The notes under the pieces are model-generated. The model had not been told where the DNA came from. It did not search any database and worked only from the letters and a program-made list of their open reading frames with translations. From the NCBI RefSeq assembly GCF_001194135.2, contig NC_068993.1:15853394-15917393 (forward strand): 64,000 nt of DNA, given 5' to 3'. This stretch comes from Octopus bimaculoides. Taxonomy: Eukaryota. This document shows, piece after piece, positions 62,910-64,000 of this stretch; positions within the stretch are counted from its first letter, which is position 1; every line of letters starts with the position of its first letter. Both the position numbers and the translations under genes were made by a program.

Positions 62910-63830
62910 TATTCGATGACGACGACGATGAGGATGGGAAGGAGGAGGGGGAGTAGGAAGAGGGAGGAAGGGAGAGAAGAAGGGGGAGGGAGGGAGAGAA
63001 GAAGGGNNNNNNNNNNNNNNNNNNNNNNNNNNNNNNNNNNNNNNNNNNNNNNNNNNNNNNNNNNNNNNNNNNNNNNNNNNNNNNNNNNNNNNNNNNNNNN
63101 NNNNNNNNNNNNNNNNNNNNNNNNNNNNNNNNNNNNNNNNNNNNNNNNNNNNNNNNNNNNNNNNNNNNNNNNNNNNNNNNNNNNNNNNNNNNNNNNNNNN
63201 NNNNNNNNNNNNNNNNNNNNNNNNNNNNNNNNNNNNNNNNNNNNNNNNNNNNNNNNNNNNNNNNNNNNNNNNNNNNNNNNNNNNNNNNNNNNNNNNNNNN
63301 NNNNNNNNNNNNNNNNNNNNNNNNNNNNNNNNNNNNNNNNNNNNNNNNNNNNNNNNNNNNNNNNNNNNNNNNNNNNNNNNNNNNNNNNNNNNNNNNNNNN
63401 NNNNNNNNNNNNNNNNNNNAGGGAGGGAGGGAGGATGGTGTAGTTGATGATGACGATGTTGATGATGAAGACGATGACGACGATGATGATGATGATGACA
63501 ATGATGATGATGATGATGATGATGACGACGACGACGATGAAGATGGGAAGGAGGACGGGGAGTAGGAAAAGGGAGGGAGGGTGGTGTGGTTGATGATGAC
63601 GATGTTGATGATGAAGATGATGACGACAGTGATAATGACAATATTGATGACGACGATGACGACGACGTTGATCATGATGACAATGATGATGATGATGATG
63701 ATGACGACGACGAAAACAGTAATGATGACGACGACGACGTATGTGATGATGATGATGATGATGGTGAAGGTGACGCTGCAGCTACTGCTGCTGCTGCTGA
63801 TGATGATGATGATGTTGGCGATGATGAAAG
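62910..63830. repeat. Compound (GAT/GAC)n and (GGGA)n tract with higher-order periodicity
   Basis: Direct repeats; unit boundaries recur (see findings). Confidence 0.85.
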
Positions 63831-64000
63831 TACAGAAGACGGTAGTCGAGATGGAGAAGGAGGTGAGGCGGTGCCGCTATTGATGCTGGTGGCGGAGACG
63901 ATAACATAAGGATGAGGACGCTGCGCATGATGATGAACATTGTGATGGAGATGGCTGCAGTTGTGAAGTGGTGTTGTTGTTAGTGATGCTGCTGATAGCA

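Overview
This is eukaryotic, AT-rich, largely non-genic DNA from a draft assembly: many N gaps, nearly all flanked by microsatellites. The extreme microsatellite density and the SINE families suggest an octopus (coleoid cephalopod) genome; that is inference. No host protein-coding gene could be recognised, and almost all ORFs in the track are translations of simple repeats or gaps. The window holds many tRNA-headed SINEs of three families (A, B, C), several with clear target-site duplications (TSDs). It also holds a 5'-truncated, decayed R4/Dong-type non-LTR retrotransposon between microsatellites, two hAT MITEs with 8-bp TSDs, two probable solo LTRs, a mariner relic and several Penelope-like element (PLE) relics. 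The most interesting signals are PLE-associated RNA structures: two minimal hammerhead-ribozyme motifs, three copies of a repeat carrying hammerhead core halves in reversed order, and a ~365-bp near-perfect hairpin made of PLE coding sequence. Head-to-tail SINE multimers sharing the same junction occur at two loci. Family names are from recall, not from database searches.
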